Shown in pieces: positions 22,781-35,234 of a DNA stretch of 64,000 nt; the first letter of the stretch is position 1; the number at the start of each line of letters is the position of its first letter. The notes under the pieces were generated by a model. It was given only the letters and a program-made list of their open reading frames with translations, searched no databases and was not told the DNA's origin. The position numbers were made by a program, and so were the translations under genes. Source of the stretch: Takakia lepidozioides (Eukaryota > Plantae > Bryophyta); the NCBI GenBank assembly GCA_030704615.1, contig CM060732.1:32984001-33048000 (forward strand), in the 5' to 3' direction.

Positions 22781-23477
22781 TGTGTGGACTAGTGACTGCC
22801 ATAGTGGGCAGCATAGTGGCAGCCTAGTGACTGACTAGTTGTAGCCTAGTGGTTGGACTAGTGGCTGGACCAGTGGTGGACTAGTGATATACTAGTGTGT
22901 GGCGTGCACATGTGTTGTGTGGTTTTGGACAGCGATGTAGTTGTGTAGCGATATGTATGCGCACGACAGCTGTCAAGTTAGTTTACCACTAGTGTGAAAC
23001 TAGCTAGAAAATAGCTAGCTTTTACATATTGACATTTGGGATTGGCCCAAGTGTCAATCCAGGGGTCAAGGCAGATTTAGGCCCTGGAGTGGTTATCTTC
23101 ACGGCAAGCGCGGGAGGCTCATCTTTCTCGAGTTGAGCCTCACCGCGCCTAGCTATGGCGCCGTAGTGTGGATTCCCCATGGCGTGGGGTGCACTTGGCT
23201 TGACTTGTATTTGAGTGATGAGGTTATATATGCATGAGTTTATGCTTCAGATTTGTGAGCTCGTGCTTGTATTCTTCTTCTTTATCGATTGTGTGGACTA
23301 GTGACTGCAATAGTGGGCAGCATAGTGGCAGCCTAGTGACTAACTAGTTGTAGCCTAGTGGTTGGACTAGTGGTTGGACCAGTGGTGGACTAGTGATATA
23401 CTAGTGTGTGGCGTGCACATGTGTTGTGTGGTTTTGGACAACGATGTAGTTGTGTAGCGATATGTATGCGCACGACA
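22781..23477 (+). repeat. 3' LTR of the DNMT-carrying element, with a ~190-bp direct repeat at both ends (about 22781-22968 and 23290-23477)
   Basis: Follows a purine tract; TG...CA termini; TATA-like TTATATAT near 23224; the two blocks are near-identical. Confidence 0.8.
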
Positions 23478-26400
23478 CTCTCCCTGGAATATTTGATGGA
23501 TGATACAACTCCAATAATGAAACATGAAAGACTGGATGGATGCGCATACTTCGTGGGAATTCAAGCCGAAAATTGACCTGATTTATTTGTCGAATAATTT
23601 TGAATGGTCCCAGGCGTTGATAATCCAACTTCCTTGATGGTTGTGAGGTTTGTATGTCCCGTCGAAGAAGCCACACACGATCTCCGACCTTGAACTGGGG
23701 TTGGAGTTGATGATGGTGATCTGCATACTCCTTCTATTGTTTTTGAGCTTCCGCGAGGCGGAATATAAGCTCGTTGTGAATCGTACCAAGATGAATAGCA
23801 AGGTTTTCTGCAGTAGGGTTTCCAACAGTTTTCATGTGGAAAGGGTTTGCTCGAGGATGATGAGCATAATTGGAGAAAAATGAAGTTTGTTTGGTCGAAG
23901 CATGTATAGTGTTGTTGTAGGCAAACTCAGCTAATGGCAGAAGGTTCGTCCAATTATCTTGGTGATAATTTATCGTACAACGAAGATATTGCTCCAAAAT
24001 CTGGTTTACACGTTCGGTTTGACCATCAGTTTGTGGATGATTAGCTGTAGAGAGATTGATCTTAGTATCCAATATGTGAAATAATCCCCTCCAGAAATTT
24101 GATATGAACTGTGGTTCTCGATCAGATACGATGTCCTTCGGGAGTCCATGAATGCGGTAGATATTATTGAGGAATAGTCTTGCAGTTTCCTCGCCTATAA
24201 TTGTCTTATTACATGGAATGAAATGTGCCATCTTCGTAAAACGATCCACAATAACAAGGATTGAGTCGGTGGTCTTGGAAATTGGAAGGTCCGTAATAAA
24301 TTCCATAGACAAGGACGATCATGGACCTTTGGGAATGGGTAATGGTTGAAGAAGGCCGTAAGGTCAATGTCGTGGTCCCTTCGCCCTAGCACATGTGTCA
24401 CAAGATTTTACAAATTCTTTCACGAGTTTCCACACCTGCGGCCACCAATAGTCCCTAGATATCAATTCCATTGTTTTGTTGAAGCCGAAATGTCCTGCAG
24501 CCGGAAGATCATGACATGTTTAAAGAATTCGAAGTCGTATAGGTCCTAGAGGTACATAGAGAAGTCCCTTGAAATAAAGTAAGTCAACTTTGGATTCGAA
24601 GTCGTTTGTAACATGTGGGTTGTCTTGAGGTCGATTTAGTTGACTTCGTAGTGTCGAGGCAAATTGGTCGCTCTTCAGTGCTTCTTGAATCTCCTTTATG
24701 ATCTCTACATCGTCATAGGTGGACATGGATAGCATATTCAATTGGAGATTTGCTGGTTTCAAGATGATGGATTTCTGTTGGTCAAAAGCTGCTCCCCCTT
24801 CTTTTGGCGCAAGATACGATCGTCGAGAAAGAGCATCTGGTTTTCCTTGAAGATGTCCGGGACGGTAGGTAATAACAAAATCAAACCTTGCTAGTGACAT
24901 ACTCCATCTCGCTTGACGTCGATTCAAAACACGAGCACTCATAAAATACTCGAGGTTTTTGTGATCGGTATAGACAGTGACATGATGTTTAGCTCTCTCC
25001 AATAGATGATGCCACTCCTCAAAAATATCGATAATCGCTAAAAGTTCTTTGTCATGGATTTCATAATTGATCTCCACAGCGAAAAATTTGCGAGAACGAA
25101 AACCAACAGGGTGAAGTCGGCCATCTGTACCGTATTGAGAGAGTATTGCGCCAAGTACAAAGTCCGATGCATCTGCTTCCAAAAAGAATGGTTTAGATAG
25201 GTCTGCATGTACCAGTATTGGAGCCGTTGTACATGTCTGCTTCAGCCTTTCAAATGCTTGGTCAGCCTTCTCGTCCCATACAAATTTGTCATTCCCTATG
25301 AGTTGTGTCAATGGTGGAGCAATTTTGGAGTAGTCCTTGATGAAGATTCTATAGAAATTTGCAAATCCTAGAAAACATTGTACATCTCGGACCGAAATTG
25401 GTTTAATCCACTCGATGATGGTTTGTATTTTTTTCTGATCGATAAAGACTCATTTGTCGGAAATAGTGTAGCCCAAAAATTCGACTTCAGATTGGTGGAA
25501 AAAATATTTTTCCAACTTGGCATATAGTTTTTTTTCCCTCAATTTATCAAGGACAAGGCGTACATGACGACCATGTTCTTCTTCATATCAAAATGTCGTC
25601 CAAATAGATGACTATAAAGTCATCTAAAAATTCTCGAAAGATCTCATTTATCATGTGTTGAAAAATTGTTGGAGCATTTGTAAGACCAAAAGACATAACA
25701 CTGTGTTCGAAATGTCCGTACCTTGTGCGAAAAGCAGTCTTCCATTCGTCTCCTTCTTTTATTCGTACAAGGTTGTAAGCTCTTCTCAAATCGATCTTTG
25801 TGAAAAAATTTGCTCGTCCAAGTTGTTCGAGGAGTCCAGAAATCAGCGGTAGTGGATAACGATTTTTTATAGTGACTTTGTTGAGCCCATGATAGTCCAC
25901 ACACATGCGTAACGATCCGTCCTTCTTCTTCACAAATAAGATAGGTACTCCCGCGGGTGATTTTGAATTTCGAATGAAATTCTTTGACAAATTTTCATCA
26001 ATATATTCGCGTAAAGTAGCCAGCTCCGTCTGAGATGAATCGTAGATTGGGCCGAATGGTGGTTGAGCTCCTTCTTGCAACTCAATTGCACAATCATAAG
26101 GTTGATGTTTTGGCAACACATCTTTGAAATCTTGATATTGAGTGGGTAATGTCGAAGTACCTTGGTCTGTTGTGGTCTTGATCGGAGTCGCATAAAGTGC
26201 AAATGTCGCTTCTTACTTCGTAGCTCTCATGAAGGCTCTAGCTCCAAGAAAGAGGGGTTAAATACCTTTGGTACTTTTGCATTTTTGTCTTGCCGAAATT
26301 TTTCGTGATCGCCAGTCGATGTTAGGATTATGAAGTATAAACCAGGGAAGTCCAAGGATCACATGATTCGTTGGAAACTGGATGACATTGAAAACAATCT

Positions 26401-28447
26401 GTGATGCTTGATTTTTAAGCTTCACTTCAAGGAGTCGAGTTTCATGGTCAATATTTCCTGATGCTAACGGTCGTCCATCGATGACTTCAACAGGGGCCGA
26501 GAATTTCTTTCTTACGAACGTTAAATTGTGTTGCTTCGCAAAGTCTTTGTCAATAAAACACGCTGAAGCGCCCGAGTCCAAAAGTGTTTCTATAGAGATA
26601 TCTCGATTTTGCATCCTGATCTTTACTGGAACTGTGAAACAAGGTATAGGGTCTGGAGGTAGAAAGAGACATTTTTTGGGTGAGGAATTTAGGATGTCCA
26701 GCCGCATGGTCCCTACTGTGACTGGACATCTTCGTTTTCCGACCCCCCCGTATCGAACACTTGAATTGTGCCCCGAACTTTGAATCTTCTCTTGTTGGGG
26801 CAGTTTAATGCTATGTGATCATCTTCTCCGCAATAAATGCATAATCCATTCGAACGCCGTCTTTGTTTTTCTTGTAGCGTCAATGGCTTGAATCGGACAG
26901 TATCAATCTACATAGAATCATTATCGGGTGTCTGATGGATCGTTGTGTTTGATGCCATAGTAGCAGCGGCATGGTGCGTCGTTGACCATCCAGATCGCCT
27001 CTCTTGACGTCTTTCGAACAAACGATTATCGTATGCAATGACTTGGGTGATGAATTCGCCCAGTGTACTCACGTTTGGCATTGTCAGCAACAAATCTTTT
27101 ACATCCCTTTTAGGCCATATCGAAACTGATTAATGAGGCTCTTCTCATTCTAGTCGAGGTCGCACGCAAGTTGTCGAAATTCGGCAACATAAACGGAAGC
27201 TGGACGTGCTCCCCGTCGAAGATTTCGCATCTTTGTCTCTGCAACTCTCTCTCTATCATTCTCTCCAAACGTTGTAGTGAACTCGGACATGAACGCTTCA
27301 AAATTGTATAGTAAATGCGAATTTTTCTCTAATAGCAGTGCAAGCCAAGATAGGGCAGTGCCTGATAGAAGGGTGCCCACGAATCCCACTTGAATACCTT
27401 CATTAGGGTAGGGTTGTGGATGTAGTTGCAGGAACAATCGTACTTATTGAACAAAACCGTGAAATCTTGATCTCGTCCCATCAAATTTCTCGGGCATGCT
27501 GACCTTTGGTTCCCTTGTAATCTGTTGAAGATTTAGAGGAACCGTTGCAGTAAGAGTTGTTATAGTAAGGACTCGTAAGGTTGAAGATCCATTGTTTGAC
27601 TCCTTTAACTCTGAAATTTGTTGTTGTAAATTCTTGAGAGCGTTGCCAAGATCTTGAGACTGATCAGCTTGTAGTTGGGCAGTAGAGGTACGAAGTTCTT
27701 GCATCTGGAGCTGAAGACTCTGCATTGTGGCGACCATTTCCGCAAATGTGCCTTCCATCTTAACTAACTAAGGAACAAACTTTAGTCTTGCCAAACTGTC
27801 AAGGACGAGAACATGACTGAACACAAACAAGAGATCAGACTAGAGGTATAAGACTAGACAAGAAGTCAAGGTCGGCGTGGCCGAATGCATGATGAGTAAA
27901 TAAGAATCAAGACGATCTTTATAACAATGAACAAGAGTACAAGATATTGAAACGCGACTTGAATACTGGAATGTTGGAAACTGGACTGGAGTACCCGATA
28001 CTGGAAACTAGGCTAGAGTACTGGGAACTGGACTGGAGTACTGGGAACTGGAAACAAGAGTAGCTTGAACTGGTGTTGGCGAGACTGAAGACTGTCCAGT
28101 CTCGCCTCCTATATATACTGGCTACTATGAGGTTCCCTAAAAGACTTCCCCAAAGGAGGATTCTTGATGGAGAAGTCTCCAAGGTTAAACAAAGGTTTCT
28201 TGATGGAGAAATTTTCTTTAAACAAAAGAGGTATCTTGATGGAGAAGTTTTATCTAAAGGAAGCTTCCTGAGCAGTTTCCCAAGTTACTCTCGATAATTT
28301 GGTAACTCTCGGTAACTTGGTAACTAATGATAACTTATGATAAATCATGGTAGATCATGATAGATCATGATAACTTTTGGTAACACGATAACTCGATAAC
28401 TTCTGGTATTTACTCAGGGTAAGTTCCTCTGAGCTATGTCCGTGACA
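23478..28447 (-). mobile_element. Decayed Ty3/Gypsy chromovirus-like (Tf/Tcn1-type) retrotransposon: 5' LTR-gag-PR-RT-RH-INT, cut off after the GPF motif
   Basis: Gag PEKFDGTRSRFHGF; PR LLDSGASACF; [14 protein letters not shown] and YLDDILI; RH EADASDFVLGAIL and NYEIHDKELLAI; INT HPQTDGQTERVNQ; LGPFKI...IHPVFHVSLL, broken at 23478. Confidence 0.93.
27797..28447 (-). repeat. 5' LTR (651 bp) of the minus-strand Gypsy element
   Basis: Minus strand begins TGTCACGG (28447) and ends CCTTGACA (27797). TATA box at 28109-28118. Internal short tandem repeats. Gag ATG at 27758. Confidence 0.85.
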
Positions 28448-28534
28448 CCCCAGACCTTGGTCGCTTTCCGGCTCGCTTGCTTACTCAATAGTTTTTGGTC
28501 AGTTAACGGGTTTGCACCGTTCTTAGGGTTACTA

Positions 28535-29325
28535 CCAGTGTTGGGCGGTTACCCGCCTGGGCCCCGGGTAACTGCCGGTTCCGGTTCCGGTTATGTGGAA
28601 CCGGACCGGAATCGGACCCGCCTGTGCAGAACCGGAACCGGAACCGGAACCGCTCATTGGGGATTGTGTGGGAACCGGAACCGGCGGTTCCAGCTACGAC
28701 CACATGTGTGGGAACCGGCGGTTCCAGCTCCAAAGCGGTTCCGGTTCCGGTTCCGGTCCACCCGTGGGCTGTAGCCGTAAATGGGGCTGTAGCCCTGAAT
28801 GTCTCTAGTACCTACCAAAGCGCTTCTAAGTCCGGTTCTTGGTTCTTGACCCCTTGGTGGGGCTGGTGGGCCCAGGGAAAAACTTATTTAATGCTCTTAA
28901 GCTCCTGAGATCCTGGGTTCAATGCTTGAAGGCCATGAGATTCTATGTTCAATGCTTCAGCGCCATGAGATCTTGGGTTCAATCTCCAGCTCCATGATAT
29001 CCTGGCTAAGTTCATTAATAAAATGTTTGAAGATGCCAATACTTGCCAAGTAGCTGAATAGTACTTTCAACCCATAAAATTTTACCCATTTTCTTCTACC
29101 AGTTTATTTAGAGTATTTTTGTTTGTTTTTTTGTGTTAGTGAAAACTAACAAAATCGTTGGATTTTAGTTCAAATATGTGAATACACTGCTATTTAATCT
29201 ACCGGACTGATAAAATATTTTAAATCTAATTAAATTAAACAAATATATTTTTAAAATAGAACCGGAACCTAACCGGAACCGATGGTTTTTATCAGCAACT
29301 AACCGGTAACCGGAACCGCCCCCAT
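28535..29325. mobile_element. Non-autonomous DNA-transposon-like (hAT/MITE-type) remnant with AACCGG/CCGGTT subterminal repeats
   Basis: Dense GGTTCC/GGAACC repeats at 28575-28760 and 29260-29318. Imperfect inverted ends: CAGTGTTGGGCGGTT versus AACCGCCCCCATG. No TSD found. Confidence 0.5.
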
Positions 29326-29411
29326 GTTTAAGACACAGTCGTCTCCACAATGGCTTGGTCATACTGCATAACAGCGGGCGAAATCTGGGGCAAGCGAGCG
29401 GTGGGAATTTC

Positions 29412-32098
29412 TCACACGGAATCCCCGCTTGAAGGCGATGGCGATCTGGAATTGCGAGGGCTTCCACTGTTGGAAGACACATTGTGCGGCAACATGACGG
29501 GCCCTCGAGGTGTTGTCCAAATGTTCCTGTCGGATCTCCATGAATCCTCTTCGCACCCGGGTTCCTCTTCAATCCTCCGCCTCACAGGGCGAGTACAGAC
29601 GTCCCCCTCTAGGTGCTCACTTCTGCGGTGCAGAGGCGTCCCTGTGATATTCTTTCGCAATGCTGTCGCCCATTTCAGTGGATTCTTCGACCTCGAAGCT
29701 GTTCGCACCAACAATTCCTCCCTGTCCGGCCCAAAGCCCCATTGTTTCCCGCTCAGGAACTTGTAGTACGTGGCTTGCTGCATGATTGCTCTGTCGATGT
29801 CCTCCGTTGTGGCCGTCACTACGTCCACCAGATGTGCGGCAGAAGACGCTCGCCAGGAGGAGTGCACTGATTCTGCCATATTCGTGTTCGGCATGTCCAT
29901 GTCGGAATCCAAGCACCGCTCCTACAAGGACACAAACAATGGTGAGGAACCAATGGAAAGGTCCGTAATAGAAAGACAATTGCACGAAAATGACAGCATC
30001 ATACCTCTCGCATGTACTGTCCGAACTGTCGATACCGGAAATGCCACCACCCCAGCCAGCTGTGCAAGGCTCCCAGATTGGTTGTCTCCACTGCACCTGA
30101 CGTGTTCCATCAAGCCTCGATGATAGCAAACTTAACCTCCGCGTCATCAAATGTGGGTGCATCTTTCCACGCCATACAAAGGACACGGTGTTCAGCCTGG
30201 AATGAGCTAGCAACAAATTTGGTAGTGTAGTGAGATAGACTCTGCATCCAATGGAATCCACAGGATCTCTCTTTCCCCTCCATTGGAACATTGGGGTCCT
30301 CACCGTACACACGCCGCACCAATGCCCAGTTGGCCTGAGCGTTGTCTGCCATGAATCCCCTGAAATTGGGCTCTGGCAATCCCGCCCTTGCCATCTGCTC
30401 GTTTATGCCCTCCCACATATGCATCTCCAACTGTGTGTCCTCCCCTTTCATCTCGCAGATTGCAATCGTCATGAGCCTCTTGGAGTGATAGTCATAAACA
30501 TGCGCACCCATAGTCACCCACTGATGGTTTGTAATTTGCTTGATGTGATCAAACATCACCCAAGCATTCGACAAGTTTCCAGTTGTCATGTGAGTGACCA
30601 AGTCGACTCCACTCCCAGGCCCACACGTCGACATTTTAAAAATGTAACAACGATCAGATTCGCTGCCTTGCCCTGGAAACCTGCTACCTTGGATGTAGTC
30701 ATATCCAGTCATTCGTTTCACCTCCAGGATTGAGTGCATGTCCGACCCCCAGCCGAACTCCTGCTTGCAAGATACGATGTGATTCCACACATTCGGACTA
30801 CAAACGTGCGAGACGGACTCCAACAGGTCAAGCATCTCCTCTTCGTTCAAGGGCACTCGGTCTGAACCATCTTCAAACATGATTTTGCCAAGAGCAATCT
30901 TGTGGGCTGCCTTCAGCTGAATCTGCTTTGGTCTGGCTCCGGGGCTCAATTTCACCTCCTCTTTTATGATGTCGTGTGCTTCCTGCACAGCCTCACGCAT
31001 GTTGCTTCTCGCCAAGGGGTGGCAGTGGACCCCAACGTGTATGCAAGCTCTAGTCAAGTCCGGAAGCAAATGGATAATGTAATATTGCTTGGCTCTGCAC
31101 ATGGACATGCACGTCGGTGGTTCTTTGCAATGTGCGCACTTGAAAGTACCCGCAGGAGCTTGGCTAGAGACAATGAATGGATGATGCGTTGTGCCAGTCC
31201 AATCCGTCTCGTTTCTCCGCCCTCCTTTGGAAAGAAAGTGGAAGCAGGCGGGATTGAGGCACCTCAGCTTCCCCGCACAGAGGACGTATCGTACACGAAC
31301 ACCATCAGCAATTTTCGTGCTACTGGTCTTCGTCACACACCAGGGGTGTCCGTCATGCTTTCGATCCATGTCTGTTAACATCCCTGAGGCTTTGTTTGAG
31401 GAAGTAACAGGTGGAAACTCGAAGATGACATTGCCATCGACTTCGAGAGGCAGATACGTTACCTTCCTGACTGGAAATTTGGCATAGTCGAGAACAGCCA
31501 GCTCGGAGCGAGAACCATCGAGGTGATGTTGCCGTAGGAGCTGCACAATGGACCGGGTTGGAGTTATGCTCGAGGGTACATGCGTAGCACCTGCAGAGAC
31601 GTCCATCTCGGATTTGAACGACCGTGTGGAGGACATGGGGACCTCAATGCACTCATCTTCATCGTCGGAAATGTCGAATACGTCCACACGAGAAGCTATG
31701 GAGGGTCTTGACGGTCCAGGTCGGGAATGATTATCGTTGCATACCTCTCTGTTGGCAGTGGCCGCCTGTCGGTTTCCGGACTCCTTTGTGGATAGTGTGG
31801 GCAGCGACTGATTCGGAAAGGGAATGGGCATTCCCACAGCTCGGTACAGGATGGTGTCTGATGGGGGTACGTGCCAAACGATTCCGCAACCTTCGTCGTT
31901 ACCTAGCACGACAATGGTCTCGTCAACCTGTCCAGGAACATCCTTCCTTTCTTCTTCCAAATAAACTGTGCCCGGTTTGAGCTTGAATTTGGAACAAAGG
32001 TAAGTTTCAGTCACTCTGCAAAGTCCTCCCTCGTTTGGGATCCAGGCTCTCCCAAGTTGCGGAGGACAACAAACTATAGCGTAGGAATTCGGAGCCAT
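29412..32098 (-). pseudogene. Mutator-like DDE transposase with GCM-like domain (copy 2); one nonsense codon and one intron
   Basis: Probable start MAPNSY at 32098 by alignment with copy 1. GCM-like W...CAGKLRCLNPAC...CAHC...C...HVGVHCHP. Core VMFD...FRGFMADNAQANW...CGFHW. TGA at 30110-30112 in a likely Trp position. Phase-0 GT-AG intron 30004-29922. Final exon carries NTNMAESVHSSW (catalytic Glu). Confidence 0.85.
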
Positions 32099-32479
32099 CG
32101 AAGACCGCACGAAGTTGGCAAGTGCGAGGTTCAGTATAGCGACAGACCAAGGCTCACAGACACCATGCGGAGTCCATCGACGATTGGAAGTCACACATTG
32201 AAGTGGAAAGTATTGTTTCAAGTTACATGCATGAAGGTGGGAGGTGTGATTCCATAGCCAGTAAGTTAGACAATGATGGCCGATTCGGCGACGAAATAAC
32301 ATCTCCTGACAGTTTCTCCTGAGGGTGGATCCAGCAGTATTCTCGATGCAGACATGAACATTCGCACTGACAAGTGCCAGTACTGTTAGTTAAAACGGTC
32401 AGACAACCAAGTTGTGCTCATCAAGACTGGCCGCACTTGTGTTGTTTCGGAACAATGCAACCCATTCAAGTTCAGCATG

Positions 32480-32610
32480 CGGAAATGAGGTTCCAGATTT
32501 CCGTCCAGAGTGATACTTTCGATTGCTGCTGGACGGAAATACGGCGCCGCATTTCCGTTTTGCATCTTGGTCATGCACCAGAGCGACGGAAATGCCGTGA
32601 AGATTTTCAA
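32480..32610. promoter_or_regulatory. Three degenerate GGAAAT-N10-ATTTCC sites upstream of transposase copy 2
   Basis: GGAAATGAGGTTCCAGATTTCC (32481), GGAAATACGGCGCCGCATTTCC (32535) and GGAAATGCCGTGAAGATTTTC (32588), at 53-54 bp spacing. Confidence 0.65.
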
Positions 32611-35234
32611 ACTGCCCGCCCGAAATGCTAGCGCAGGATCCCCGCGCAGCTACGAGCAGGCGAGTAGTCCTCCTTCTCCTCCCATTCGGTTGTCATGACG
32701 TCCACAACGTCGCCGTAAACGTGGTGTGAAAGTCAATTTTGAGTGGAAAGAAATAGCTGGGCAACAAGGTGCAATTTGCAGCACAATGAATCATGCAAGA
32801 TAGAGCAATTCAGCTTCTAATCGCCACCAAATGGAGTCCTTTCGTCCGTTCAGTTCTTCTTTCGTTCAAATCTGGTCCTTGTAATCTGTGCGCTTCCAAG
32901 CCATGAGGATGCAACACACTTGCATGCTATGATCAAACACTTGGCTGCAGCTTCTCTCTCTGCACTATAAACACAGCGCCACATAAATTTTGTGTACAAG
33001 CAAACATGTGCACAAAGTTGTCTTCGGTAGCTTGCAAAGTACCCCAACAAAGTATGCAACTTGTTCCTCTAGTTCACTTCAAAAGTTCTCTTGTTCTTTT
33101 TCCATGCCTGTCTAAGCTTTTGAAATGGACAGAAAAATACAAGAGTGCCAGTTGAAAACTTGGGCCTTTGAAAATGCCTCCAGTGATTAGCTCAATTTGT
33201 TTTTGGCAGTCAAGGGATTCACTTGTAAACTTGTAGACCACAACTCCACTTTCATTTGTACTTTATTCATGGTTGCATCGGACATGGCCTGCAGATCCCT
33301 TTGTTCTCACTGCTAGTGCCATCCGGTTCTATATCAAACTTGGCCAGCAATAGGTACTCATTTTCCTGTTAATATTGGACCTTCGGAATATGAATGTCGC
33401 AGGCTATTTGCCCAAATGTGGCTCTCATTGGGGTGGTGGTGAAACCAAGAGGGCAGCCACGGTTATCACCCTAAAGGAGAAAATCAGAATTAGCCTAACT
33501 TTGACTTTGCTCTGGAGATTGCAAGACTTGGGGGACCCTTATACAGAATTGCAATCACAAATGGAGAAAATCCAACATGTTAAAACTTTTGAAGATTCAA
33601 CTATGAAAATCAAAATTTTAACACATGAACTTGCAGCCAAGTAGAAAAACTCTCTGTAAGTCACAATTTAATCATCAAGTTCTAAACCAAATGGATTTAG
33701 ATATGGCTTCATTCCTGAAGACTGCTGGAACCTGTTATCTACGGTTTCACGCTAAACTACACGAAGATACAAATCGGTCTTGAAGTGATCAGTCAACCCT
33801 GTGCTTCAGGTTGTGGAGAGTCCACTTGGCCACATAGGGATGAGTGACATATAATTGGACGCATGAGACAAGAAGAAAAGCATTACCAGGTCCAGAAACA
33901 TTGTGAGCATGTGGAGGGAGAGCATATTCTCCCACACAAAAAAGAACGGAGAGGAAGAAAGAAAGACTTCATAACGACCACAGGAAGCCAAAGAGCTTAT
34001 GTGAGTGTTGACTATTCCTAAAGAACCACGCTAACTTAAAGGTAACCACGCTAAGTTAAGTAGAACACACAAAATTCTGAGCCCTTATAGACATGCATAA
34101 GCAGGGTCTTAATGAGATAACCAAGTGTTCCGAATGATCGTGATCGCAAGTTCATTATATTTGGTGATCCAGTCGATGGCGTCATCCCATTTCATTGTTT
34201 AGTCATCCCATTTCATTGTTTAGTACGTAATATGGCCAGCAATTTGAGAATTGTTGCAGAACAGTGCAGAATACTTGATTGTATTTGTAAGATGGACTCC
34301 AGACAATGAAGGGAGACGGATGATCTGAACTAATGTGTCTATCAAACTCAAGTCAACCACTCGGATGAAGTATCCGAAGTATGTCTCCACACAAACATAA
34401 GTGTACTAAGGCAGTGGCTACCGGACAATCCAACCCCAAACGTTTACCAACTGACGTTTACCAACTGTGAATGTGATGATTGCTGTGTGTGAGTTCTTCT
34501 GGGGACCACTAAGTTAAAATATCAGTCAAATTTGGCATCCTCCATCAGCAAAATTGTGCAAGTCCACAACATAAACTATAGAGTCAACGATGCTACACTA
34601 GAAGGAAGCAAGCACTGCCCCTTTACTTGCAACAAATTTGACAGCATATGAGTGTCGAGGCTACTAGTTTTGCATAGACCTCAATATCATGACAAAGACG
34701 TATAGAGAGAGGACACCTATAAGCGTCCAAAACATGGTTTTAACATAACAAATAATCAGAAGAATAATGTTTGTTGCTGATTCACTTGCTACCAGAAAAA
34801 AGATCAATACACCCCAAAACCAGTGCCCTAATCAAAGAGACCACAGCAGATACACTCACAGACCAACAAGGTGCAGGCCCCAGATCCATGGCCACGCAAT
34901 AATTACACATGCTATAGAAGCCAGGTGCTCAGTTGACATGCCCAATACTCCACGCAAGACAGAAAAGAAAGAATGTGATGCATTAAATCACGACTTCAAA
35001 TTATCAAATCTTTCAAGAAAAATAAGGACGCTAATATCAATATGCGATAACACCAATTCTCTCCATGTAAAATCTGAACTAACAGCCGCAACTGGATTGG
35101 TGTGAAACAAGATGGAACCTTCACTCCAAGAATGAGTGTGATTGAAGGAAATCAATGAGCACACAGAGAAGTTCTCCTGCTGAGGAACGAAATCGGCTGA
35201 GTGAGTCAGTGCTGTTCAGGTAAAAATGTTGCAG

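Larger units (their letters stand above)
14720..23477 (+). mobile_element. Decayed Ty3/Gypsy LTR retrotransposon with order gag-PR-DNMT-RT-RH-INT-PHD and 3' LTR; 5' LTR not found (left boundary approximate)
   Basis: Zinc knuckles, LLDSGA protease, YIDD RT, RNase H, integrase, purine tract AGGGGGCGAT, and an LTR starting TG at 22781 and ending CA at 23477. Many nonsense codons and frameshifts. Confidence 0.92.

Noticed and set aside
14720-23477. DIRS/Ngaro interpretation of a methylase-bearing retroelement with split repeats
   Set aside because: It has an aspartic protease and DDE integrase, no tyrosine recombinase, and the methylase is C5-type.
32099-32302. N-terminal 68 aa of the 730-aa ORF
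   Set aside because: Clear similarity to copy 1 begins at MAPNSY (32098), so the upstream ATG is probably not the true start.
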